Positions 1-8,533 of a stretch of 49,466 bases of DNA are shown here, piece after piece. The translations under genes were made by a program, and so were the position numbers. Below the pieces are notes generated by a model. The model saw nothing but the letters and a program-made list of their open reading frames with translations, was not told where the DNA came from and made no database searches. The stretch lies in contig JBBDJG010000012.1 of the NCBI GenBank assembly GCA_040880005.1, positions 34,984-84,449 of the forward strand. The letters run 5' to 3'. The number at the start of each line of letters is the position of its first letter. Position 1 is the stretch's first letter. Origin of the DNA: Solirubrobacterales bacterium. Its GTDB lineage: Bacteria; Actinomycetota; Thermoleophilia; Solirubrobacterales; JBBDJG01.

Positions 1-131
1 AGATAGCGGCTACTGCCGCCGCTCCCCGCCAGCAGACAAATGCGGAAAATGCGGGCCCCGGAGCGGTCGAATCGTCCATTTGGGCCATGAAAAGGCCGAC
101 TTCCGGCCGTTTTGCCAGTACAATCCAGATT

Positions 132-151
132 GGTTGACTGATCAGTCAACC
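132..151. promoter_or_regulatory. Perfect 20-bp palindrome, probable repressor (TetR-type) operator
   Basis: GGTTGACTGATCAGTCAACC is its own reverse complement and lies 64 bp upstream of the acyl-CoA dehydrogenase start. Confidence 0.6.
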
Positions 152-215
152 GCCGGACGGGTGCCACACCACTCCTTTCCAGGTACGCGGCGGCCGAGCA
201 CTTTCGGAGCGTCAC

Positions 216-1517
216 ATGGACTTCCGCCTCAGCGACGACACCCTTGAGTGGAAGGACTACTGCCGCAAGTTCGCGCGGGAGGAGATCCGGCCGGTGGCGG
301 CCAAGTACGACCGCGAAGAAGCGGTTCCCTACGACGTGGTCAAGAAGGCCTACGAGTGGAAGCTCGCCGGGCTCGACTTCGTCCAGGCGGTGCAGACCGA
401 CACCGACGGCGTCAAGGGAGCCATCTACGCCGAGGAGCTGCACTGGGGCTGCGCCGGCATCGCGCTTGCGATTTCGGCCTCCACGCTGTGTGCCGCCGGC
501 ATCGCCTCGGGGGGCACGCCGGAGCAGATCGCCAAGTGGATACCGGAGGTGTTCGGCGACGCCAAGCAGCCGAAGCTCGGCGCCTACGCGGTGACGGAGC
601 CGCAGGCCGGCTCGGACGTCAAGTCGCTGCGCACGACCGCGAAGCGCGACGGCGACGACTGGATCATCAACGGCACCAAGACCTTCATCTCCAACGGCGG
701 CATCGCCGACGCGACCGTGGTCGTTGCGACTGTCGAGCCCGGCCTCGGCCATCGTGGCCAGGCTTCATTCGTCGTCGCCGGCGACAACCCGGGGCTCAAG
801 CTCGGCAAGAAGGAATCCAAGCTCGGCATCCGCGCTTCGCAGACGGCGGAGATCGTGCTCGAGGATTGCCTCGTCCCCGGCGATGCGCTGCTAGGTGGCG
901 AGGAGAAGCTGAAGAAAAAGCTCGAGCGTGCGCACTCGGGCCAGAAGTCCGGACCGTCCGGCGCCCTCGCGACCTTCGAGATAACGCGCCCGACCGTCGG
1001 CGCGTCGGCGATCGGCATCGCGCAGGCTGCCTACGAGTGGACGCTGGAGTATCTGTCGGGACGCAGCGAGGAGGGTACGCCGCTGCTCGAGACGCAACGC
1101 ATCCAGCAGGTGATCGCGGACGTTGCGACGGAAATCGAGGCGGCACGCATGATGATCTGGCATGCCGCGTGGATGGGTAGCAACGGCGTTCCGATGACCG
1201 GCGGCCAGGGCTCGATGTCGAAGCTCAAGGGTGGCGACGTGACGATGTGGGCCACGACGACGCTGATGGACCTCGTCGGCGAGTATGCGCAGTCCACCGA
1301 CTGTCCGCTCGAGAAGTGGTTCCGTGACGCGAAGGTCTACCAGATCTTCGAGGGCACGGCCCAGATTCAGCGTCTCGTCATCGCGCGCATGCAGGTGGGC
1401 GAGTACGCGGAACGGCTCGGCTACGCCAAAGAGGTTGCCGACAAGGCGATGGCGCAGTCGTCGAACGGCTCGGCGGCGTCTGGCACGAAGAAGAAGTCCG
1501 CAGCCGTTCCCGCATAA
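216..1517 (+). CDS. Acyl-CoA dehydrogenase
   Basis: AYAVTEPQAGSD, INGTKTFISNG, KLGIRAS and RDAKVYQIFEGT motifs; GGAG RBS. Confidence 0.95.
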   Translation: MDFRLSDDTLEWKDYCRKFAREEIRPVAAKYDREEAVPYDVVKKAYEWKLAGLDFVQAVQTDTDGVKGAIYAEELHWGCAGIALAISASTLCAAGIASGGTPEQIAKWIPEVFGDAKQPKLGAYAVTEPQAGSDVKSLRTTAKRDGDDWIINGTKTFISNGGIADATVVVATVEPGLGHRGQASFVVAGDNPGLKLGKKESKLGIRASQTAEIVLEDCLVPGDALLGGEEKLKKKLERAHSGQKSGPSGALATFEITRPTVGASAIGIAQAAYEWTLEYLSGRSEEGTPLLETQRIQQVIADVATEIEAARMMIWHAAWMGSNGVPMTGGQGSMSKLKGGDVTMWATTTLMDLVGEYAQSTDCPLEKWFRDAKVYQIFEGTAQIQRLVIARMQVGEYAERLGYAKEVADKAMAQSSNGSAASGTKKKSAAVPA

Positions 1518-1571
1518 CACCAGGGACACGCGGCGCGACATCTGCGGCTCCGGCTAGCGTCTGGAATCGGC

Positions 1572-2516
1572 ATGTCGCACGCGCACGCGCATCGCGGACT
1601 GGAAGCTCGCCGTTCCGGCAACCGCTCGCGCATGCTCTGGGCGCTGGCGATCAATGTCGCGCTGCTCGCGGCGACGATCGCGGGAGGAATTCTCACCGGT
1701 TCGCTGGCTCTGCTCGCCGACGCGGGCCACCTGCTGTCCGATGTCGGCGCGATCGCGATCGGGTTGCTCGCCGCCCGGCTTGCCGGTGCCGCGCCGACGC
1801 CGTCGCGGACCTTCGGCCTTCAGCGCAGCGAGGTCATCGCGGCCCTGGTCAACGGCCTTGTGTTGGTCGCGGTGGCAGTGCTCGTCACGGTCGAAGCGAT
1901 AGACCGCATGTCGGACCCGCCGCATGTGGCGGGCGCGGGCGTGCTGGCAATCGGTGCTGTCGGGCTGGTCGGCAACGTGGCCGCGACCTGGGTGCTGGCG
2001 CGCGGCGAGCGCTCCGACATCAACCTGGAAGCCGTCCTGAGGCATTCGGCGGCAGACGCGCTGGGCTCGATCGGCGTGATCGTTGCTGGAGCGGTGATAC
2101 TGGCCAGCGGCTGGGACCTGATCGACCCGATCGTCAGCATCCTGATCGCCGTGCTGATCGCGCTCGGCTCGTGGCGTCTGTTGAAAGAGCCGTTCGACGT
2201 GCTGATGGAGGCCGCTCCACCGGGCCTCGACGCGCGCGCGATCGGCGAGGCGATGGTGGCGGACGCCGACGTCGTCGAGGTGCACGACCTGCATGTGTGG
2301 ACCGTCACGTCGGGTTTTCCGGCTCTGTCTGCGCACGTGGTGGTGCGCAGCGGCGCCAACCGCGATGTGGCCCGGGCACGGCTCGAGCAGCTGCTCACCG
2401 GACGCTTCGAGATCGATCACACGACGCTGCAGATGGCGGAGCCGGTTGAGCGCGACCAGTTGATCCAGGTCGAGTGGACGGATTCTGACCGTCCGCGCAG
2501 CGAAGGCTCTGGATAA
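1572..2516 (+). CDS. Cation diffusion facilitator (CzcD/ZitB-like) metal efflux transporter
   Basis: His-rich N-terminus, SLALLADAGHLLSD, HSAAD, VHDLHVW, HTTLQ; multiple TM helices. Confidence 0.93.
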   Translation: MSHAHAHRGLEARRSGNRSRMLWALAINVALLAATIAGGILTGSLALLADAGHLLSDVGAIAIGLLAARLAGAAPTPSRTFGLQRSEVIAALVNGLVLVAVAVLVTVEAIDRMSDPPHVAGAGVLAIGAVGLVGNVAATWVLARGERSDINLEAVLRHSAADALGSIGVIVAGAVILASGWDLIDPIVSILIAVLIALGSWRLLKEPFDVLMEAAPPGLDARAIGEAMVADADVVEVHDLHVWTVTSGFPALSAHVVVRSGANRDVARARLEQLLTGRFEIDHTTLQMAEPVERDQLIQVEWTDSDRPRSEGSG

Positions 2517-2575
2517 CGGGGGGCTCGCCGCCCCCTCGACCCCCGGCATGCTGGAGCGCCGGCCTACGGCCGTCG
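2517..2575. repeat. REP-like palindromic intergenic element between convergent genes
   Basis: Hairpins GGGGGC-TCGCC-GCCCCC and GGCC-TAC-GGCC; shares motifs with the insert in acxC (36557-36598). Confidence 0.5.
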
Positions 2576-2809
2576 CTAGATGATCACTTGGACGGTTCCG
2601 CCGTCCACGCTCCACGCCGCGCCGGCGACATAGGACGAGCGTTCCGAGCACAGGAACACGATCGCGGCCGCGATCTCGTCGACGCTCGCCAGGCGACCGA
2701 TCGGCCGTGCGGCGCCCGCCTTCGCGATCGCCTCGCGGCGGTCGGCCCGTCCCGACAGAGCCGCCGATTGATTGATCACGCAGGTCCTGCCCTTTAAGTC
2801 CAGCTCCAT
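2576..2809 (-). pseudogene. Internally deleted short-chain dehydrogenase/reductase (77 aa remnant)
   Basis: SDR-like start MELDLKGRTCVI joined in frame to the SDR C-terminus PIGRLASVDEIAAAIVFLCSERSSYVAGAAWSVDGG; TGxxxGIG and YxxxK are missing. Confidence 0.8.
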
Positions 2810-2878
2810 CGGCGAATAAGTGTATGAGGCGAACGCCGCCGGGTAAGGCTTCCTTCGAGGTCGGTCGATCAAGAACAT

Positions 2879-4039
2879 ATGAGAGGACGGATGCTCACGG
2901 CTGCGCTGATGGCGGCCGCCGCAACGGCGGCGATTGCCGCGCCTGCCGCGGACGCGGCGACCACGATCGGCAGCAATCTCGCGAGTGCTCCGACGTCGAG
3001 TAGCGCTTGCGCCGGCGCTCCGACCACCTGTGCCTTCTTTCAGACGGCTCTGTCGGGCAGCGCTTTCCGGTCGGGCGCCGGCGGCGCGACCGCGGGGCAG
3101 TTCTCGCCGCCGCTCACCGACACGTCGAGCGGTGCCGCGTTGGCTGGACCAAACGACCTGGAGTTCCTCGTCAATGCCGACGTGGAGCCCGACGCCGACG
3201 GCGACGGCTACGGCGACGAAACGCAGGACCTCTGTCCGGGCGATTCCAGCCGCCACGACTCATGCTTCGCCGACCTCCAGGTGACGACGACCGCGAGCGT
3301 TCCGGGAATCGGGCTTCTGACCGACATGACCTTCTTCGTCAAGGTCAGGAACACCGGGCCCCAGAACAAGGCGACCGGCGTCACGATGACCGACGCGATC
3401 CCCGCTTTGATGAGGATCGACACCGTCAAAACCGACGCGGGCACGTGCACGCCGACGCAGACGGTCACCTGCTCGCTCGGCGACATCGCGGTCAACACGA
3501 CCGCCACGATCAGGATCGACGTCACCGGCGTGAAGCGTGGGCCCGTGCACGCGGTTGCCTCCGCCACGGCGTCCTCGCCCGACCCGAACGGCGCCAACAA
3601 CGTTGCCAGCGCCGATACCGCGGTGCTCAACCCGGGCGCGTGCGCGAACACGTTCAAAGGCGGCGGCGGCCCCGACTCCATCACCGGCACGGCCGCGGGC
3701 GACACGCTGGTGGGAGACGGCGGCGACGACACGCTCAGGGCCGCGGCCGGCTACGATTGCCTCGAGGGAGGCGGCGGCAACGACCGCCTCTACGGCGAGT
3801 CGGCCGACGATCGACTGTTCGGCGGCGCGGGCAACGACCATCTCGACGGCGGCACCGAGGAGGACACCTTCTCGGCCGGTCCGGGCAACGATGTCGTCGA
3901 ATCGCGCGACAAGATCGCCGAGAAGGTCAACTGCGGCAAGGGCCGCGACCGGGCGATCGCCGATCGCAAGGACAAGCTGACCGGGTGCGAGTCGGGCGGG
4001 TCCAAGAAGAAGAAAAAGAAGAAGCGCAAGCGCCATTAG
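2879..4039 (+). CDS. Secreted protein with DUF11-like Ig domain, RTX/hemolysin-type Ca-binding repeats and poly-Lys tail
   Basis: Signal peptide; ADLQVT...VRNTGP...VTMTD...DPNGANN (DUF11-like); GGxGxD repeats; ends KKKKKKKRKRH. Confidence 0.8.
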   Translation: MRGRMLTAALMAAAATAAIAAPAADAATTIGSNLASAPTSSSACAGAPTTCAFFQTALSGSAFRSGAGGATAGQFSPPLTDTSSGAALAGPNDLEFLVNADVEPDADGDGYGDETQDLCPGDSSRHDSCFADLQVTTTASVPGIGLLTDMTFFVKVRNTGPQNKATGVTMTDAIPALMRIDTVKTDAGTCTPTQTVTCSLGDIAVNTTATIRIDVTGVKRGPVHAVASATASSPDPNGANNVASADTAVLNPGACANTFKGGGGPDSITGTAAGDTLVGDGGDDTLRAAAGYDCLEGGGGNDRLYGESADDRLFGGAGNDHLDGGTEEDTFSAGPGNDVVESRDKIAEKVNCGKGRDRAIADRKDKLTGCESGGSKKKKKKKRKRH

Positions 4040-4200
4040 TCACAAGCCCGCTGCCGGTTTTGCCCTCCCCGGCGGGAGGAGCCTTGCACTTGCAGGGAGT
4101 TTGGCAGGAGCCGGGGGCAGCCAATGAACGCCCCTGCTAGTCTGGGCACCGCTTTTGCAGCAACCGAGTGGATTCGATCAGGAGGTACGGCAAAGCAACT

Positions 4201-4402
4201 ATCGCTGAGTTTCCCTCAACGACTCGCCGGCAAAGTCCGGCTCGTGAAGGGAAAGCGGGGGACCCAACGCCGCCTGGATAGCGGGGGACCCGTAGTAGCT
4301 GATCAAGCGGAGACCCTAGGGGCGAATCGCCGACAGGCCGCAAGGCCACACGCGTAGCGCAGCTCTTTCTGCGCGAGCCCGACAGCTAACCCCGTAAGCG
4401 CC
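4201..4402 (+). ncRNA. c-di-AMP (ydaO/yuaA) riboswitch
   Basis: CGCTGAG..TTTCCCT/AGGGAAAGCG stem, GCGGGGGACCCA, GGGGCGAATC and CCCGACAGCTAACCCCGTAAGCG match the ydaO consensus; directly upstream of a cell-wall hydrolase, the typical actinobacterial context. Confidence 0.88.
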
Positions 4403-4415
4403 AGAAAGAGAGCCC

Positions 4416-5651
4416 ATGTTTCTTGGCAAAGCACCTCCGGCCCGTGGCCGGAGCCGTCGTCACACAAGTGGGATTCGGAGCAGGCCCGAGCGCGGCCATC
4501 GCGTCCTGGCGCTGGCCGGGTTGACGCTGGTCGCGCTCGCAGCCGTTTCGCTGACCCCGTCGTTCTCGAGCGGTCGCTCGTTGGACGACAAGATCGACGC
4601 GAAGCGCCGGCATCTCGAGCGTGTGGAAGGACGGGAGACGCACCTCCAGGGACGCATCTCCAGCATGAACGAGAAGCTTGGCGGGCTACGCGTACGGATC
4701 GTCTCGCTCGAGCGCAAGGAGTCGCACGCCAAGGTCGTACTTGCCCAGCGCCAGTCGGAGTTGGAGCGCGTTACCGCCCGCTACGAGCGTGCGCATCGGC
4801 ACTTCGTGCGCCTGCGCAAGCAGCTCAATCGGGCCGAGGGTGTGCTCGCGGAGCGCCTGGTCGCGATCTACAAGAGCGACGCGCCCGACATGCTGACGGT
4901 CGTGCTCGAGTCGGATGGCTTCAACGACCTGCTCACCCGCACCGACTACCTGAGCAAGATCAACGACAGCGACCAGGACATAGTCACCCGGGTGAAGACA
5001 CTCAAGCACGAGGCTGCACGCAAGCGGGCGGAGCTCGTTGACCTCAAGACACGCGCCGAAGTCGCCGTCGAGGCGGTCGAGAACCAGAAGCGCACGCTCG
5101 CTGCGACTCGCAGCGAGCTGTCCGTGCAGCGCAACGAGCTTTCCAGCGTGCGTGCCGAGCAAAAGGACGTGCTCGGCGGCGTACGCGAGGACAAGCACAA
5201 GCTCGAAGGCGACCTCTCCAAGCTCTCTGCACAGGTCGAGTCTCAGCTCGGCGGCTTCGCCGGCCCGATTCGGCGCGGCTCGGGCCAGATGATCTGGCCG
5301 GTCAACGGCCCGATCACCTCACCTTTCTGCGAGCGCCGCTCGTGGGAGTCATGCCACCCCGGCATCGACATCGGTGTCGGCACCGGCACGCCGATCCGTG
5401 CCGCCGACTCGGGCACCGTGGCGATGGCCGGCGCGATGGGCGGCTACGGCAACTACACCTGCATCAACCACGGCGGTGGGCTCTCGACCTGCTACGCACA
5501 CCAGTCGGCGATCAAGGTCAGCGTCGGTCAGAACGTCAGCCAGGGCCAGGTGATCGGCCTGGTCGGCTGCACGGGCCTTTGTTTCGGGGCGCACCTGCAC
5601 TTCGAGGTGCGCGTCGGCGGCGCGGTCACGAACCCGCTGAACTACCTCTGA
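4416..5651 (+). CDS. Coiled-coil M23 peptidoglycan endopeptidase (EnvC/CwlO-like architecture)
   Basis: N-terminal hydrophobic segment, long coiled coil, WPVNGPITS, HPGID, YGN, YAH, HLHFEV. Confidence 0.92.
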   Translation: MFLGKAPPARGRSRRHTSGIRSRPERGHRVLALAGLTLVALAAVSLTPSFSSGRSLDDKIDAKRRHLERVEGRETHLQGRISSMNEKLGGLRVRIVSLERKESHAKVVLAQRQSELERVTARYERAHRHFVRLRKQLNRAEGVLAERLVAIYKSDAPDMLTVVLESDGFNDLLTRTDYLSKINDSDQDIVTRVKTLKHEAARKRAELVDLKTRAEVAVEAVENQKRTLAATRSELSVQRNELSSVRAEQKDVLGGVREDKHKLEGDLSKLSAQVESQLGGFAGPIRRGSGQMIWPVNGPITSPFCERRSWESCHPGIDIGVGTGTPIRAADSGTVAMAGAMGGYGNYTCINHGGGLSTCYAHQSAIKVSVGQNVSQGQVIGLVGCTGLCFGAHLHFEVRVGGAVTNPLNYL

Positions 5652-5971
5652 CCGAACTTCAGCAGCGCGTCCACACCGTTGTCGAACACGGCGCGCACCT
5701 CCAGACGGCCACCCAGCGCCTCGACATACTCGGTCAACGTTGAGAGATAGATGCTGTTGCCGGCACCCGCTCGCTGCTCGAGCAAGGAGATGTTGGCCTG
5801 CGTGACGTCGAGACGCAAGGCCAGGTCGGACTGCGTCACGTCCTGAGCTTCGCGCAACTGTGCGAGTGCGAGCGCGTCCTCCATGGCGCGCTTGTACTCG
5901 GCGACGTCCTTGTCCCAATTCGGGTCGCGCTTGCGCGCCTTCGCCCTCAGCGAATTGAAGTTCTTGGCCAT
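5642..5971 (-). CDS. XRE/HigA-like HTH antitoxin
   Basis: LAQLREAQDVTQSDLALRLDVTQANISLLE...LSTLTEYVEALGGRL; start MAKNF overlaps the toxin stop codon. Confidence 0.85.
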   Translation of the reverse strand: MAKNFNSLRAKARKRDPNWDKDVAEYKRAMEDALALAQLREAQDVTQSDLALRLDVTQANISLLEQRAGAGNSIYLSTLTEYVEALGGRLEVRAVFDNGVDALLKFGQR

Positions 5972-6324
5972 CAGCTCGCACCCTCCGCGCGCAACTGTGC
6001 AAGGTGTTCGTCGTACAGTTTGTCGGCCACTGGGATCATCTCCGCGTACCACTTACGCCAGCGCCCCGTCTTGTTGCCGCCGATCAACAGGATGGCGGTC
6101 CGGCGCGGGTCGAAGGCAAACAGCACTCGGACGGCTCCTTTCGGTCGAAGCTCCTTCATGTTTGCGTGCCGTGAGCCGCTGATCGTGTCCACCAGCGGAC
6201 GCCCAAGGACAGGACCGCGCGATTGCAGGATGCGAACCGCCGCGTCAATCGTCTTCTGCTCGGCAACCGTGAGCCCATCCCACCAACTCTCGAACTCGTC
6301 CGTGTATTCGACTTCCCAGGCCAT
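5971..6324 (-). CDS. RelE/HigB-like (Gp49-like) type II toxin
   Basis: WEVEYTDEFESWW, GPVLGRPLVDTISGSRHANMKELR, RVLFAFDPRRTAILLIGGNK. Confidence 0.9.
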   Translation of the reverse strand: MAWEVEYTDEFESWWDGLTVAEQKTIDAAVRILQSRGPVLGRPLVDTISGSRHANMKELRPKGAVRVLFAFDPRRTAILLIGGNKTGRWRKWYAEMIPVADKLYDEHLAQLRAEGAS

Positions 6325-6340
6325 CGACCCGGCGCACGTT

Positions 6341-6368
6341 AGTATAAACTTTAGCTAATATAAGTCAA
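6341..6368 (-). promoter_or_regulatory. Sigma70-type promoter of the TA operon
   Basis: Minus strand reads TTGACT-16 nt-TATACT in an AT-rich patch just upstream of the toxin ATG. Confidence 0.65.
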
Positions 6369-6437
6369 GATTAATACAACTTGTGAACGGATCTGCAACA
6401 AGATTGAAGGCCGGCAGCACCCTCTAGAGTTGGCGCC

Positions 6438-7193
6438 GTGCAGCCAGAGATTCATCTAGGCCCGGTCACGCTCCAGACCTTCGGGCTGATGTTCGCGCTC
6501 GCATTCATCGCTGCGGGCGCGCTGATCTGGCGGCGGCTGGAGGAGATCGACCGCCCGCCCGACTGGGCATACGAGATCGTGTTCGCCGCGCTGCTGGGCG
6601 GGCTCGTCGGTGCGCGGCTCTACTACCTCGTCGAGCACTGGTCCGACGTCCAGGACGACCTGCTCGGCAGCGTCGTCTCGGGCGAGGGACTGGTCTGGTA
6701 CGGCGGCGCGCTGGGCGGCACGGCGTTCGTGCTGGCGTGGGCCTGGTATCGCAAGTTCCTTTCATTGACGCTGCTCGACGTGCTGGCGCCCGCGCTCGCG
6801 CTCGGCTACGCGATCGGCCGCATCGGTTGCCAGCTCTCGGGCGACGGCGACTATGGTGAGCCATCCAACGTGCCGTGGGCGATGTCGTACCCGGACGGAA
6901 CGCTGCCGACCGACGATCCGGTGCACCCGACGCCGGTGTACGAGACCCTGTCGATGGGCCTGGTTGCGCTGCTGCTGTGGAGCTGGCGCGATCGTTTCAG
7001 GCCGGGAATTCTGTTCGCGATCTACCTGGTGCTGTCGGGGCTGGAGCGCTTCCTGGTCGAGTTCGTACGGCGGAACTCCGACGTGGCCCTCGGCCTGACG
7101 GCAGCTCAGCTGCAGAGCCTGGTCGCGATCGCTGCCGGGCTCGTATGGATCTGGGTCGCGCGTTCGCGCGGATCGCTCGCTCGCGCGGCCTGA
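6438..7193 (+). CDS. lgt: Prolipoprotein diacylglyceryl transferase
   Basis: GARLYY, GLVWYGG, GYAIGRIGCQLSGDGDYG, HPTPVYE, RFLVEFVR. Confidence 0.93.
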   Translation: MQPEIHLGPVTLQTFGLMFALAFIAAGALIWRRLEEIDRPPDWAYEIVFAALLGGLVGARLYYLVEHWSDVQDDLLGSVVSGEGLVWYGGALGGTAFVLAWAWYRKFLSLTLLDVLAPALALGYAIGRIGCQLSGDGDYGEPSNVPWAMSYPDGTLPTDDPVHPTPVYETLSMGLVALLLWSWRDRFRPGILFAIYLVLSGLERFLVEFVRRNSDVALGLTAAQLQSLVAIAAGLVWIWVARSRGSLARAA

Positions 7194-7247
7194 AAAGCGC
7201 AGCCGCCGGGACGCCCGACCGGCAGCCGGGCGCCCCTTGGGCTTCGG

Positions 7248-7620
7248 CTATGTGTGCGCTCCGGCTCCCCGAACACCGCCAGGCCATGGATGACGATCAC
7301 GCGAATCGCGAACACGCCGGCCGACCAGAACGGGTGGGAACCGCCGATCGACAGCAGCGCCCCGATCGCTCCGATCGTGGCGGCGATATTCCGATCACGC
7401 GCCCGAAGGCCCCTCCCGCAAACAGCGAGAACGACGCGATCAGCTGGATGATTCCCAGGAGCAGCGTGATCCAGCCCCACGTCTCGATCGTCGAAAACAC
7501 GTAGTCGGTGTTGACAAAGAAATCGTCGGTGCCGATTCCGGCGATGCCGTAAAGGATGTTGAGTGTGCCGGCCACGAACAGCAGAATGCCGGCGAAGATG
7601 ACGCTACCCGCACCTCGCAA
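7248..7620 (-). pseudogene. Frameshifted small multi-TM membrane protein (DUF7144-like)
   Basis: N-half (MRGAGSVIFAG...WGWITLLLG...GRVIGI) and C-half (IAATIGAIGALLSIGGSHPFWS...HGLAVFGEPE) lie in different frames, with the switch near 7387; RBS GAAGGGAG; family name recalled, not searched. Confidence 0.65.
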
Positions 7621-7729
7621 TGTGCTCTCCCTTCAGGAACCGGCCACTCCTGCGGGCGGCCGTGTGGCGCCGAAGAACCGAGGTTCGACGGCGGGGGCCA
7701 CTAGCGTGTGCGGGTCGAGCGAGGAATGC

Positions 7730-8476
7730 TCAGATCGCGCCGGCGAGCCAGCGCAGCGACTCGCCCTGGATCTCGACGTCGTGCTGGGCCGAGCGGTGGT
7801 CGCCGCCCTCCAGCAGCCAAAGCTTCTTCGGGTCGGCGGCGCGCTCGTATAGCTCCTCCGAGCGCGTGTAAGGAACGGTTTCGTCGCCTTTGGCGTGGAT
7901 CAGAAGCAGCGGCTTCGACCCGAGCCGCTCGACCGCGTCGAAGATGTCGTGGCTTTCGAGCCATTTGACCAACCCCGCGGCATCGAGGCGCATCGCCGCC
8001 CAGGGACTGTCGGGATCGGGCTCGCGCCCGCCCGCCAGCGCGCGCATCTGCGGCAGCATCGGCTCCTCCGCGGCGGGGCAGATCGCGACCACGGCCGCGA
8101 CTTCCGGACACGACGCGCCCAGGTGCAGCGCCATCATTCCGCCCATGCTCGACCCGCGCACGGCGATCCGGCGCCCGTCGATCTCGGGGCGCTCGGCAAG
8201 CATTCGCGCGAGTGCCGCGAGGTCGTCGATCACGCCCGGGCCGAGCTCGCCTTCGGTCTCGCCGTGGCCGCGGTTGTCGAACGTCAGCGCGGCGAAGCCC
8301 TGCGCGACCGCGGCCCGCGCGAAATCGGCGTGGTTCTCCTTCTGCGACCCCGCACCGTGCAGGATGATCACGGCGGGCACCGGCCCCGGCTCACCCTTCG
8401 GCAGCCAGAGCCGGTAGGCGATCCCGTCGAGGGTGCCTGCCTCGGCGGGCATCGTCGGTGTCGCGTGCTCAATCAC
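7730..8476 (-). CDS. Alpha/beta-fold hydrolase
   Basis: ILHG, FDNRGHGE, nucleophile GSSMGG, LLIHAKGDETVP, GGDH; GTG start 7 nt after TAGGCT. Confidence 0.88.
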   Translation of the reverse strand: MIEHATPTMPAEAGTLDGIAYRLWLPKGEPGPVPAVIILHGAGSQKENHADFARAAVAQGFAALTFDNRGHGETEGELGPGVIDDLAALARMLAERPEIDGRRIAVRGSSMGGMMALHLGASCPEVAAVVAICPAAEEPMLPQMRALAGGREPDPDSPWAAMRLDAAGLVKWLESHDIFDAVERLGSKPLLLIHAKGDETVPYTRSEELYERAADPKKLWLLEGGDHRSAQHDVEIQGESLRWLAGAI

Positions 8477-8533
8477 GGGCGGGAGCCTACCTTGCGTGGG
8501 GCGGAGTGCCGCGGCCGGTAATCTGGCCTTGAG

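Noticed and set aside
2810-3256. N-terminal 149 aa of the 226-aa ORF at 2576-3256
   Set aside because: Mostly antisense to the DUF11/RTX gene; only 2576-2809 is SDR-like
4185-4245. Two GGCAAA motifs suggesting a c-di-GMP-I riboswitch
   Set aside because: The other c-di-GMP-I elements are not evident, and the region is explained by the c-di-AMP riboswitch
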